Assembly: GCA_964482325.1 (NCBI GenBank)
Contig: CAYZXD010000001.1
Location: 3,461 to 67,460, forward strand
DNA: 64,000 nt
Direction: 5' to 3'
Origin: an uncultured Spirochaetaceae bacterium
Lineage (GTDB): Bacteria > Spirochaetota > Spirochaetia > Sphaerochaetales > Sphaerochaetaceae
Shown: piece by piece, positions 19,359 through 29,671 of the stretch
Position numbering within the stretch: position 1 is the stretch's first letter
How the letters are laid out: the number at the start of each line of letters is the position of its first letter
The notes under the pieces: model-generated
The model's input: only the letters and a program-made list of their open reading frames with translations
Told to the model about the DNA's origin: nothing
The model's database searches: none
Program-made: the position numbers and the translations under genes

Positions 19359-21506
19359 TCATGCAAAGGAATCGACAAAAAGACGAGCGATTTTCGGATC
19401 GAATTGCGTACCGGCACAGCGTGATATCTCTTCAAGTGCCCTGTTCACTTGCATCGGTTGCTTATAGGATCGTTCACTGGTCATCGCATCGAAAGAGTCG
19501 GCAACCATAATAATTCGCGCATACAGTGAGATGTCCTCGCCCGATTTTCCCTGGGGATACCCGTTGCCATCCCATCGTTCGTGATGCTCTAGGACTGCTG
19601 TAGAAATATCAGAAAAGTCTTTTGATGCTGATAAAATCCGATACCCGGTTTCCGAATGACGCTTCATAAGTTCCCATTCTTGCAGCGTAAGCTTGTCGGG
19701 TTTGTTGAGGATTTCTTCAGGAACGCCTATTTTCCCGATATCGTGCATCAGGGCCGTGACGCGCAGCCGATTGATTTCCCGAGTCGATAATTCCAGATGT
19801 GCCGCAATAGACTCGCTGAGTTCACTGACTCGTTTCGAATGCAGAGATTCACGTCTGCTCTTTGCAAACAGGGAGTTGATGACCAATCCGATAGTATTGT
19901 TTTTTGCACTGGAACTTTCATACACCTTATTGCGGTAGAGCATGTCCTCTGCTTTCTTTACTGCAGATGCAAATGATTCAGAAGATGTATATTGTGTATG
20001 GTATCCAAATGAGAGGGAAAGGTGAAAAGAGACCAACTTTACCTCTTTTGCTTCACGTTCAATGATATCGATTATTTTCTTTGCTGCAGACCCATCCGTG
20101 TTCGGCATAATAATCACAAACTCATCTCCCCCGTATCGGGCAACCAGATCGGTGGAGCGACAACGGCTCGTTAAGAGTTGAGCGGTTTTTATCAAAAGCT
20201 GATCTCCCGCTTCATGACCGAATGAATCATTCACTAGTTTGAGTCCGTTCGTATCAGCCATAACCACAGTTACCGGGAGAAATGCATCATTCATCAGTCG
20301 TTTCAGTTCATTTTCAAGAAACCCTCTATTGTGCAGGCCCGTCAGGTAATCATGGTTCCGCTGGTACCGCAGTCGCTCTGAAACCTGCTTGATGGCAGTG
20401 ATATCCTGCCCCTGAGCAATGGTCGATATTCTGTTAGTTTCCTGATCATCGTAGATCGGTGCGGCGTTCCACAATAGGGTGCGGATATCACCGTCTGCAC
20501 GGGCAATTTTTACTTCAATGGCATCTGAATTATGCATGGATTGCTGCTGTTGGATATGATACATAGTGGATTGTTGCTGATCTTTTGGAAACAAGGTTCG
20601 TATCGACTGATCTATAACCTCTGCAGCATCCAAACCGGTCAATGTTTCAAATGCATGATTGAATTTGGTGATCCGGTCATGCTCATCCCATACCACAATG
20701 GGAGCATTTGCATACCGAATGAGTTTTTCCAGATGCTCGGTGGTACGCCGCAATGCCAGCTCAATCTGTTTCTGTTTCGTGATCAATTCCGTATAGATGA
20801 TGATGCCACCGATTTCATGTTCTGCCGTATACCAGGGTCGGCATTCCCATCGTGTCCAATCAGTAGTCCCATCGGGTTGCACATATGGGTCATCCTCACA
20901 ACGTAATACTTCTCCTGCAAGACATCGCTTATGTACATCGCGCCATTTCTGAGGGAGATCAGGCAGTACTTCATAATGATGCTTACCGATAATATCTGGA
21001 TCAGTGATGCGATACTCATCGCAATATTTCTGACTGACATACATATAGCGCAACTGTCGATCATGGATAGCAACAGCACTTCGGGTATGTTCGATGACGT
21101 ACCGCATAAGATCCGAAAAATGTGTCAGTGAGGTTTCAATCTGTTTTCGATGGCTGATATCCCGAACAAAACAAAGCACCTCCATTCCTTCGTGACAAAA
21201 GCAAGAGAGAGAAACCTCAATAGAGCAGGAATTCCCTTGTTTTGTACAGAGAGCAGATTCAAATATTTTGGATGTTCCAGCCGATAAGCGGGACAGATAG
21301 TCACTAATTTTGTACGGTGAATCCGGGTACTCAAGATCACGGATATCCATACCGATAAGAGTATCCCGGTCATATCCCGAAAAGGTGCAGTAAGCTTGGT
21401 TTACCTCAAGGATTTTTCCGTCTGTGGCAATCTGAAGAAAACCCTCAGGCATCGCCTCAATAAGTTGTTGTGGAAACTTTTTCGCGTGGCTTTGGTTACT
21501 TTGCAT
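19359..21506 (-). CDS. PAS-PAS-PAS-GGDEF-HD-GYP bifunctional c-di-GMP enzyme
   Basis: Three PAS repeats, DYLTGLHNR, RSTD I-site + RYGGDEF, HDIGK, HHERWDGNGYP. Confidence 0.92.
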   Translation of the reverse strand: MQSNQSHAKKFPQQLIEAMPEGFLQIATDGKILEVNQAYCTFSGYDRDTLIGMDIRDLEYPDSPYKISDYLSRLSAGTSKIFESALCTKQGNSCSIEVSLSCFCHEGMEVLCFVRDISHRKQIETSLTHFSDLMRYVIEHTRSAVAIHDRQLRYMYVSQKYCDEYRITDPDIIGKHHYEVLPDLPQKWRDVHKRCLAGEVLRCEDDPYVQPDGTTDWTRWECRPWYTAEHEIGGIIIYTELITKQKQIELALRRTTEHLEKLIRYANAPIVVWDEHDRITKFNHAFETLTGLDAAEVIDQSIRTLFPKDQQQSTMYHIQQQQSMHNSDAIEVKIARADGDIRTLLWNAAPIYDDQETNRISTIAQGQDITAIKQVSERLRYQRNHDYLTGLHNRGFLENELKRLMNDAFLPVTVVMADTNGLKLVNDSFGHEAGDQLLIKTAQLLTSRCRSTDLVARYGGDEFVIIMPNTDGSAAKKIIDIIEREAKEVKLVSFHLSLSFGYHTQYTSSESFASAVKKAEDMLYRNKVYESSSAKNNTIGLVINSLFAKSRRESLHSKRVSELSESIAAHLELSTREINRLRVTALMHDIGKIGVPEEILNKPDKLTLQEWELMKRHSETGYRILSASKDFSDISTAVLEHHERWDGNGYPQGKSGEDISLYARIIMVADSFDAMTSERSYKQPMQVNRALEEISRCAGTQFDPKIARLFVDSFA

Positions 21507-21875
21507 CGCAGTTCAGTTTCTCATCTCCATTAAAAATCTGGTACGATTATACCATGTGCAGGGAGAGTCTGTTTTACCCTCAACCCAATTATGTGAAACT
21601 GCGCCAAAGAGTTCAAAATCTCACGCTCTATGATATACCTTCCTAAAAAGAAAACATACACGGTTTTTGTTGTACATGAATGAGTACTGCTTTCATAAAT
21701 GATACCATAAAAATTGTGGATGTACACCAATAAAGTGGGTGCTTGTACGAGTAAAAATTCCTTGACTTGTAAAACCTATTGATTCACCATGTAATGGAAT
21801 TGTTATTTTCTCTCAATTTTTCACTGAGAAGTGATGTACATATCTCTATATATTATCTCAGAGAGGAGGGGATTT

Positions 21876-22844
21876 ATGAAGGCATTGAAGATTATCGTAC
21901 TTGCGCTACTCACCTGTGTGTTTATCGCATATGGTATAGGATTCATGGTCTATCAGGGAATCGGCAATACCATGATGAATCAGCAATACTACCGATCGGT
22001 GGTACAGGAGAATAACATTTCAGGTCTCGTTCACAACGAACTGGGTGAGATGATACCGGAGATAGTGCGTGATGGGTTAACCGGTGGAAACCCTGTCACC
22101 GCTCCTGCACAGAAAGCAGCTGTCGATGCTCAGGTTTCTCTTATCTCAACTGCGATAACCGATGCGCTGGACGAAGCATGGATTGAACAACAAGTTCTTC
22201 TTGTCACCGAAGATGTAGTAAATCTACTGAAGGGAGAGAAAAGATCATTGAGTGCTGTCATCGATATTTCGAGCAAACTGACAGTGATTGAGCAGAATAT
22301 TGCAGAAGGTCTCGATGCCTTCTCCGATGCCGAACTCATGGCAATGTTCGGGGCTCCCCGTGCCTATATCCCGACGATTTCCGAACAGATTGTTGGACAG
22401 TTGGGACTTCCTAAATCACTCGTGATTAATGATTTAGTTGAAGATAATGCCCCTGGGACGATTGAGATGATCCTGGATTATATGGGGGCGGTGAATACCG
22501 CCTTCGGTATCGTTTTCTGGATTGTGGTCGTAGTATTTCTCCTGCTGTGCATCCTTTTCTGGAAAGTTGGTTCTGGGTTGCAGTGGTTTGGAATCAGCAC
22601 CGCGCTCACCGGTGGTATTTTTCTTATTTCCACCATGTACTTCTCGAAGCTGAGCGCAATTGAAAGTGTTTCAGGTACGGACCTCGATTCTCTACCAGTT
22701 TCTTCTTCGGTTATAGAGAACATTGTGAGTCTCACTATGTCGAAGATGAATCAGATGCCAATCTTCTTCATTATCGGTGGATTTATACTATTCGTCCTAG
22801 GATTGCTGATCTATAGGAAGCAAAGACTCGCCAACTTAGCGTAA
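21876..22844 (+). CDS. Membrane protein of unknown function
   Basis: GGAGGGG RBS supports ATG 21876; one N-terminal TM, a soluble helical domain, three C-terminal TMs. Confidence 0.8.
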   Translation: MKALKIIVLALLTCVFIAYGIGFMVYQGIGNTMMNQQYYRSVVQENNISGLVHNELGEMIPEIVRDGLTGGNPVTAPAQKAAVDAQVSLISTAITDALDEAWIEQQVLLVTEDVVNLLKGEKRSLSAVIDISSKLTVIEQNIAEGLDAFSDAELMAMFGAPRAYIPTISEQIVGQLGLPKSLVINDLVEDNAPGTIEMILDYMGAVNTAFGIVFWIVVVVFLLLCILFWKVGSGLQWFGISTALTGGIFLISTMYFSKLSAIESVSGTDLDSLPVSSSVIENIVSLTMSKMNQMPIFFIIGGFILFVLGLLIYRKQRLANLA

Positions 22845-23179
22845 ACGGTATCAGAAGTCACAGGTACATGATTCCCTTTGCCACCTAAACGTCACTCAAT
22901 TGAAGTATCGACTATGACAGTCGACTGCAAAGTGGTAGAAGGGAATTAACATCTCTGGGGATGGTCATTTTTGATCAGCAAAACATCTACACAAATGCTG
23001 AAAAAAATGCAAGGATAGCTGTCAAGAATGGTAAAGACCATGGTGTATTCAGCGTGTGCACGAGTAACCTGTCGTCCTTACGAGGTTATAGTGCTAGACA
23101 TTGCGCGAGTTTTACGGTTTTATGTACTGAATATGTATGGTCATACATTGATTACACCTAATTTCTAAGAGGGAGTCAT

Positions 23180-25330
23180 ATGGTAGGATTTATTGTCATT
23201 GCAGCTGTTGCTGCTTTAGCCTTTGCCGTGATCAACTATTATGGAGTAAAGAGAAAAGATGCGGGAACGCCGGAAATGCAGCAAATTGCCGCTGCAATTC
23301 AGGAAGGGGCGAAAGCATTTCTTGTTCTTGAGTACTCCGTAATTCTCAAAGTAGTGGTTCTTATTGCAATTCTTCTTGGTGTGGTTGTCTCACCCACCAG
23401 TGCCATAGCATTTGTTTTTGGTGCAGTGATGAGTGCCAGCGCCGGATGGATTGGGATGAATATTGCCACAATCAGTAACGTGAGAGTCTCCAATGAAGCT
23501 CGCAATACCAAAAGTTTAGGAAAAACATTACGTGTTGCCTTCAGAGGCGGATCGGTAATGGGACTCTCAGTCGGTGGGTTTGCTCTCCTGGGTCTGGCTC
23601 TTGTGTATCTTGTTTTTGGCATACTCATGAAACAGGTTTCTCCGGAAAATCTGAAATTCCACACCAACTGGCTTGGTATCAGTGATATTCCCTTCACTAT
23701 GACCATAAGTGCTTATGCGTTAGGTTGTTCTATCATTGCTATGTTTAACCGTGTCGGTGGTGGTATTTATACCAAAGCTGCCGATATGGGTGCTGACCTC
23801 GTAGGAAAAACTGAAGCAGGGATTCCTGAAGATGATCCCAGAAACCCCGCCACCATTGCAGATAACGTTGGAGATAACGTAGGAGATGTTGCCGGTCTCG
23901 GTTCTGACTTACTTGAAAGTTATGTCGGAGCATTAGTATCAGCTATGATTCTGGCCGCTTATATCTATTTCTCTCGGGGAGGAATAGAGGCAAGCCTTGT
24001 CGCTAAACTGATCTATGTTCCGCTCCTTGTTGCTGCTGCCGGTATTCTCTCTTCAATGGTGGGAATTATCTACCTGCTGGTGAAGAAAGTATCCTCAAAT
24101 CCGCATAAGGAATTGAATGCTGCGACCTTTGTGGGAGCGGGATTAACCATTATTTCTTCTGGATTCATCTCCTATTTCATATTTCGGGGTGAAGCACTCC
24201 AGACGATAGGATTTTCCCTTGGTGCATTTTCTCCCTGGGTATGTGCTGTACTGGGTATCATAAGCGGTATTTTTATCGGGCAACTGGCAGAGTACTATAC
24301 CAGTTATGATTTCAAACCGACGCAGAGAATTTCAGCGAGTAGTGTGGAGGGACCTGCTCTTACGATTACCGAAGGGATGAGTGTTGGAATGATTTCTGTT
24401 ATTGGACCTGTGTTGATATTAGGGATTGCAATCATTGCAGCAAATATCACTGCAGGTCTGTATGGTGTAGCTATGGCGGCAATTGGTATGCTGAGTTTTG
24501 TTACAGTTACCGTATCGGTTGATACCTATGGACCGATCGCCGACAACGCCGGTGGTATCAGTGAAATGGCAAAACTGCATCCTGATGTTCGCGGTATTAC
24601 TGATGAACTCGATGCTGTGGGAAATACTACAGCAGCCATCGGAAAGGGATTTGCCATCGGTTCTGCAACGCTTGCAGCTCTTTCCCTCTTCTCCTCGTAT
24701 CTGTATGCACAAGCGGGTGAAAATGCAGTGCATGGTGCAGACATGATTTTGAACATGGTAAATCCGCTTACCCTCGTCGGTGCTTTGGTAGGTGGAGCAC
24801 TTCCGTATCTCTTCAGTGGCATCTTAATAAAAGCTGTTGCCAATGCTGCCCGAAAGATGGTTCAGGAAGTACGAAGACAGTTTAAAGCAGACCCCGGTAT
24901 CATCCTGGGGACCAGCCTTCCTGATTATAAGACATGTATCAGTATCAGTAGTGCAGGAGCATTGGCTGAAATGAAGGTTCCCGCTATTATCGCTGTGTTA
25001 ACCCCGCTTCTCACCGGTTTTCTCTTCGGTGCCGAATTTGTTGGCGGTTTATTAATTGGAACAACCCTTTCTTCTGTAATGCTTGCCCTGTATACTGCAA
25101 ATGCAGGAGGTGCCTGGGATAATGGTAAAAAGTATGTGGAGAATGGACATTTCGGTGGAAAAGGCTCCGATGCCCATAAAGCTGCAGTTGTTGGAGATAC
25201 GGTAGGAGATCCATTAAAAGATACCGTCGGCCCATCTCTCGATATTCTGATTAAGATTATGGCAATTGTTTCTTTGATAGCTGTATCGATTTTTAGTAAG
25301 TATAACTTGTTTTCACTTCTCATGAATTAA
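23180..25330 (+). CDS. hppA: K+-dependent, Na+-translocating membrane pyrophosphatase (Thermotoga-type)
   Basis: GGIYTKAADMGAD, EDDPRNPA.IADNVGDNVGD, DLLES gate Glu, GNTTAAIGKGFAIGS (Ala, so K+-dependent), GDPLKDTVGPSLDILIK. Confidence 0.93.
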   Translation: MVGFIVIAAVAALAFAVINYYGVKRKDAGTPEMQQIAAAIQEGAKAFLVLEYSVILKVVVLIAILLGVVVSPTSAIAFVFGAVMSASAGWIGMNIATISNVRVSNEARNTKSLGKTLRVAFRGGSVMGLSVGGFALLGLALVYLVFGILMKQVSPENLKFHTNWLGISDIPFTMTISAYALGCSIIAMFNRVGGGIYTKAADMGADLVGKTEAGIPEDDPRNPATIADNVGDNVGDVAGLGSDLLESYVGALVSAMILAAYIYFSRGGIEASLVAKLIYVPLLVAAAGILSSMVGIIYLLVKKVSSNPHKELNAATFVGAGLTIISSGFISYFIFRGEALQTIGFSLGAFSPWVCAVLGIISGIFIGQLAEYYTSYDFKPTQRISASSVEGPALTITEGMSVGMISVIGPVLILGIAIIAANITAGLYGVAMAAIGMLSFVTVTVSVDTYGPIADNAGGISEMAKLHPDVRGITDELDAVGNTTAAIGKGFAIGSATLAALSLFSSYLYAQAGENAVHGADMILNMVNPLTLVGALVGGALPYLFSGILIKAVANAARKMVQEVRRQFKADPGIILGTSLPDYKTCISISSAGALAEMKVPAIIAVLTPLLTGFLFGAEFVGGLLIGTTLSSVMLALYTANAGGAWDNGKKYVENGHFGGKGSDAHKAAVVGDTVGDPLKDTVGPSLDILIKIMAIVSLIAVSIFSKYNLFSLLMN

Positions 25331-25347
25331 ACAAAAGGGGTGTATGT

Positions 25348-26118
25348 ATGAATTATTACTATGTAATTTTTTCGCCGATTGAAGCGCTCATTGCGAGTCA
25401 GTTGGAACCAAAAGCATTTGGAGCCTACATGGCTCGAGGATCAAAAAAGGGTTCCGCAGAACGCCTCATGTTCGCCGAGGTAGCGGGTGAATTCGGTGAT
25501 GACTTCGATTGGGAGTATGCGAAAGCAAAATGTGTGACGCATGCAAGTGGTGAGGTGAAACATTCGGTCTACTTATCGATTTATCGCGTGATTGAACATA
25601 TTCCGCTCAAACAGTATCGGAACGTATATCTGGTAAATAAAGATGGTTCTACGCTCTGTCTGGAAGCCGCCCCATATACAACACCCGGTAACTGGAGAGG
25701 ATACGGCCTTTATAAAGAACATTGTCCTGTTCACCCGTTTATTGTGAGTTCTCTAGAACCGAAGGCGTTATCTGATTACATTATCAATGATGCAACAAAG
25801 AAGATTACCGTTCCTGCAATCATATTCAATGATGTACGTGTCATCGATTTTAATGAAAAAGAAGATACGGGCAATATTGGAAGCATGTTTGAACGGGATC
25901 TTGATCACTTGAAAGATTGTATTGCCACGGTACAGAACAAAAAAGATAAGATTACGAAGACGGTCGATCGTTCTTTCGATACACGATTTTCCTACCAGAT
26001 TATTGATAACGGGATCTATATCGCCAGGGGGAAAGAGATTATTTTCTATCCCATGCTCTCTGCCGACCAGATAAAAGAGGTGGATTATGATTGGGGAAGA
26101 AGTGCAAACTTCTTCTAG
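25348..26118 (+). CDS. Soluble protein of unknown function, probably co-transcribed with hppA
   Basis: 256-aa ORF 17 nt after the hppA stop, GGGG RBS, shared terminator. Confidence 0.8.
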   Translation: MNYYYVIFSPIEALIASQLEPKAFGAYMARGSKKGSAERLMFAEVAGEFGDDFDWEYAKAKCVTHASGEVKHSVYLSIYRVIEHIPLKQYRNVYLVNKDGSTLCLEAAPYTTPGNWRGYGLYKEHCPVHPFIVSSLEPKALSDYIINDATKKITVPAIIFNDVRVIDFNEKEDTGNIGSMFERDLDHLKDCIATVQNKKDKITKTVDRSFDTRFSYQIIDNGIYIARGKEIIFYPMLSADQIKEVDYDWGRSANFF

Positions 26119-26162
26119 ATCCGGCCATCTCGTTTGATTTTCTCTGTTTGTGATGCACACGT

Positions 26163-26209
26163 AATAGCACCGGAGCTGGCTCAAGAGCCCCTCGGTGCTA
26201 TTCCTTTTT
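26163..26209 (+). terminator. Terminator of the hppA operon
   Basis: AATAGCACC/GGTGCTATT stem followed by CCTTTTT. Confidence 0.65.
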
Positions 26210-26343
26210 AGCGACTTTGAGACCTTACTGCGCAGTGATGAAATGGCTAAAATTCATGCAATGTGCAGTTGGCAGCATGTCTCAGTGGTGTATAATAGAT
26301 ATGTTCACCTGAGATCATGTGAACATATGGGGTCTGAATCAAT

Positions 26344-27672
26344 ATGGAAGAGCATTATCTGCAGCAGGAATTATACGATCTGGTAAAAAGTGATACCGGC
26401 ATTTTCGAGTTCATTCAATCGGGGGCTCTGGACGGTCTGTGGTATTGGGATCTGGAGCAAATCGAGCATGAATGGCTGAGTCCCAAGTTTTGGACAACAC
26501 TTGGATACGATCCTGAAGACAAAAAGCATCTTGCAAGTGAATGGCAGAATATTATCAACGAGGAAGATCTTGCTCTGTCAAAAGAAAATCTTGAGAAGCA
26601 CTGTGCCGATCCCGATTATCCCTATGATCAGATTGTACGATACAAACATAAGAACGGTTCAACTGTTTGGATACGCTGCAGAGGGATGGCCATCCGCGAC
26701 TCAATGGGAAAGCCGGTACGAATGTTGGGAGCCCATACTGACATTACCGACTTAAAAATTGCTGAAAGGGAACTCTCCCGAATATCGAGCGAATATGAAA
26801 AAGTGTTTAATGGTACACAGGATGCGGTGTTTCTGTTGCGGGTTGTCGGTCCCGGTCAATTTCGTTTTATTCGTAACAATCTTGCCCATCAACACAAAAC
26901 AGGTATTCTTGCTGATCAGATCAGGGACAAATCACCTCAAGACCTTCTTGGGGAAGAATTGGGAAATATTGTTGCAAAGAATTATCAGAAATGTGTGGAA
27001 AGTAAAAGGGTGGTGACCTACGAGGAAGAGTTAGCGCTTCCCGAAGGGACTCGGTTCTGGCAGACCACACTGACGCCCATACTTGAGCAAGGCAACGTGG
27101 CATATATCGTCGGTTCGGCGACTGATCTGACCGAACGCAAAAACCTTGAGTTTAAGCTGGAAAAATATGCCCATTATGACACGTTGACCGGAATTTCCAA
27201 TCGACGGCTGTTTTTTGAATATCTTGAGCGAATCATCTGCGAGAGGGGAGAGGAATCGCAGAAATTTTCACTACTCTATATCGATCTCGATGGATTTAAA
27301 TATGTTAATGATACGCATGGACATGAAGCGGGAGATGCGGTCCTCATTGCCATTGCGAATCGGTTGCTTCAGAGTATTCGAAATACCGACTTTGTGGCTC
27401 GTTTAGGTGGAGATGAATTTGCCGTCATTCTTAATGGTAATCAATCATTTTCTGCTGTACAACAATTCGCTATCACGTTGCATGACAAAATCGAGGAACC
27501 TATTACCATGGGTCCACTTCACCTTACCGTGAGCGCTTCCATCGGTATCGCCATATTCCCTGATTCCGGAGAGGATACGGAAACACTGATGAGAAATGCC
27601 GATGTCGCAATGTATGACATCAAGAAAAATGGAAAAGGTGGCATAAAAATCTACTCAAAGCAGGTACAGTGA
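26344..27672 (+). CDS. PAS-PAS-GGDEF diguanylate cyclase
   Basis: PAS_3 (DGLWYWD...RYKHKNGSTVWIRCRG), second PAS, DTLTGISNRR, RNTD I-site + RLGGDEF. Confidence 0.92.
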   Translation: MEEHYLQQELYDLVKSDTGIFEFIQSGALDGLWYWDLEQIEHEWLSPKFWTTLGYDPEDKKHLASEWQNIINEEDLALSKENLEKHCADPDYPYDQIVRYKHKNGSTVWIRCRGMAIRDSMGKPVRMLGAHTDITDLKIAERELSRISSEYEKVFNGTQDAVFLLRVVGPGQFRFIRNNLAHQHKTGILADQIRDKSPQDLLGEELGNIVAKNYQKCVESKRVVTYEEELALPEGTRFWQTTLTPILEQGNVAYIVGSATDLTERKNLEFKLEKYAHYDTLTGISNRRLFFEYLERIICERGEESQKFSLLYIDLDGFKYVNDTHGHEAGDAVLIAIANRLLQSIRNTDFVARLGGDEFAVILNGNQSFSAVQQFAITLHDKIEEPITMGPLHLTVSASIGIAIFPDSGEDTETLMRNADVAMYDIKKNGKGGIKIYSKQVQ

Positions 27673-27714
27673 CTTACTGCTGTCGGTTCTTCACGTTCCC
27701 GTGGTGCTTATGTC

Positions 27715-27892
27715 CGCCAGTAAATAGCTACAAATCCACGTGGTATACCTGTCGAATATCGATCAGATGTTTCATATCGTGAACTCATCATTTGATCTTG
27801 ATAAAAGGCTTATGACCCATCACGATCTATGCAGACAAGAGCATCAAAAAACTAGTGCTGATCAGGTATTTCCCATCAAACCGCTCTTCTTC
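27715..27892 (-). mobile_element. Degenerate IS1634-family transposase fragment
   Basis: Minus frame 27889-27740 reads EERFDGKYLISTS....LSA*IVMGHK......**VHDMKHLIDIRQVYH, matching the IS1634 pattern EExLDGKY...LSAExIxxGYK...E..F..LK..LDLRPVYH; three in-frame stops. Confidence 0.7.
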
Positions 27893-28077
27893 ATGAGATT
27901 ATTTAAACTCTCACACATGCCGTTGTAATTCTACCAGAGCTACAGGTATGCAGCAGGATTCTCAACCGCTGTGTTTGCGATGGACACATGGTGCACAAAT
28001 AGAGGTAGTCATCAGCCTGTTGCTCAAGTATACTTATAGCAATTGATAGGAGGATCTGTATCGCAACTGGGAATAGA

Positions 28078-28908
28078 ATGGGTAACATCTTCATCTTGCT
28101 CATTCTCATGCTATTTATGACTGTGAATATATTTGCGGGTATGCCACCAGTCAGATATTGGACGCCGGATGGCACTGATGCGATTGTTCAAAGCATACCA
28201 AAACGAGCAGAGCCCAAAATCATTCCCATCCTCTATCATAATATTGTCTATGGCAGAACGGGTAACGTGTATAACCGGGATATCTACAATTTTGAGCAGG
28301 ATCTCAAGTTTTTTAAGAAGAATTTTACTATCATCACCTTTGACGATCTCATCAGTATCACCGAAGGGACCGTAGAGCTCAATACTGATGCAGTTATCAT
28401 CACCTTTGATGATGGGGACCTCTCCATGTACGCAATTGTCTACCCCCTGCTTGTTGAATATGATATTCCTGCCACATTCTTCATTGTTCCGAGCTTTGTC
28501 GGAAAAGTGGGTTATATGAGCTGGGAACAGATCAGAGCGATGGAAGGGTATCGTAATAAAAACGGAAAGAAGCTGTTTACTTTTGAGTCGCATTCTTTAA
28601 CGCATGCACCGCTAGGCGAGCTCTCTTATACGCAGATTCTGTATGAATTAGTTGAATCAAAACGTATAATAGAACAGGAAACGTTGCAGCCTGTTTCCGT
28701 TATTGCGTTGCCTTATGGAAGTGGAGCTCAGTCCGACCAGGTGCGCAAAGCTGTGCAACACAGTGGGTATCGCATGATTCGTACATCATTCCCTTCGGCT
28801 ATCTCTCCTGACTCGATAGATCTATACAACTTATCTGCTTTCAATGTTGAAAGTTACAGTACCGATACACTGATCAAAAATATTCAGCAGATCCTGAAGA
28901 GGAGATAA
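28078..28908 (+). CDS. Exported polysaccharide deacetylase (CE4, IcaB/PgaB-like)
   Basis: Signal peptide, IPILYH, ITFDDG, ATFFIV, FESHSLTH (D-H-H triad), ALPYG. Confidence 0.9.
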   Translation: MGNIFILLILMLFMTVNIFAGMPPVRYWTPDGTDAIVQSIPKRAEPKIIPILYHNIVYGRTGNVYNRDIYNFEQDLKFFKKNFTIITFDDLISITEGTVELNTDAVIITFDDGDLSMYAIVYPLLVEYDIPATFFIVPSFVGKVGYMSWEQIRAMEGYRNKNGKKLFTFESHSLTHAPLGELSYTQILYELVESKRIIEQETLQPVSVIALPYGSGAQSDQVRKAVQHSGYRMIRTSFPSAISPDSIDLYNLSAFNVESYSTDTLIKNIQQILKRR

Positions 28909-28912
28909 TCAT

Positions 28913-29671
28913 TTGAGCCAAGGACTTCGTGCAGCTATTGTATTTTTGTTGTTCTGCATGTGTGCCCCACTGTATAGTTCTCCTGTTATTCAGCGACCGG
29001 AGAATCAAAGTTCCCGCGAAATTGACTTTTGTGGGTTTACCTGGAGAGTAAAGTCGTCCATTGTACCTGTGGCACCAGGTCCAAATATCTATCGCGGAAC
29101 TGAAGATGCAGTTTTTGTAAGTGAAAGAGGTCTCCATCTCACTATCGGAAGAGACCAGGATCACTGGTATGCTACCGAAATATTCACAAGAAAACGAGTT
29201 GGTTATGGTACTTATACTTTCACGGTTGAAACCGATGCGCTCAACTACGATCCTTCCGTGGTAGCCGGGTTTTTCACCTGGGACAGCGAACCGGTAGAGT
29301 TCAATCGGGAGATCGATATCGAGTTTGCTTCATGGGGGAGTCACGACGGAATCAGGTTCCAGTACGTTGTGCAACCGTACAGTATACCGGAAAGAATCAC
29401 CGTTTTTGATCCAAAGCTTCAGGGAAGTGTATCCACCCATCGCATTATATGGCTCGCCGACTCCGTTGAATTTTTAAGTTATCATGGGGTAGTCGATCCC
29501 GATGATCCCGAAGCTGACACCATGCTGATGAATCAATGGAAATTTATCGGGGATGTCCCATCAGAAGGAAGAACCCGATTCAGAATCAACCTATGGTTGT
29601 TCCAAGGGAAAGAACCGGCAAAACAGACTGAAATGATCTTGCGATCTTTCAAGTTCGACCCTTTGCGTTAG
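28913..29671 (+). CDS. Exported glycoside hydrolase family 16
   Basis: Signal peptide, GYGTY, GFFTW, catalytic EIDIEF motif. Confidence 0.85.
   Translation: MSQGLRAAIVFLLFCMCAPLYSSPVIQRPENQSSREIDFCGFTWRVKSSIVPVAPGPNIYRGTEDAVFVSERGLHLTIGRDQDHWYATEIFTRKRVGYGTYTFTVETDALNYDPSVVAGFFTWDSEPVEFNREIDIEFASWGSHDGIRFQYVVQPYSIPERITVFDPKLQGSVSTHRIIWLADSVEFLSYHGVVDPDDPEADTMLMNQWKFIGDVPSEGRTRFRINLWLFQGKEPAKQTEMILRSFKFDPLR

Noticed and set aside
22961-23161. 66-aa ORF upstream of hppA
   Set aside because: No SD or motif; it lies across probable promoter and leader elements
18877-28000. Integrative element at tRNA-Val
   Set aside because: No integrase and no duplicated tRNA 3' end (att site) seen in the window
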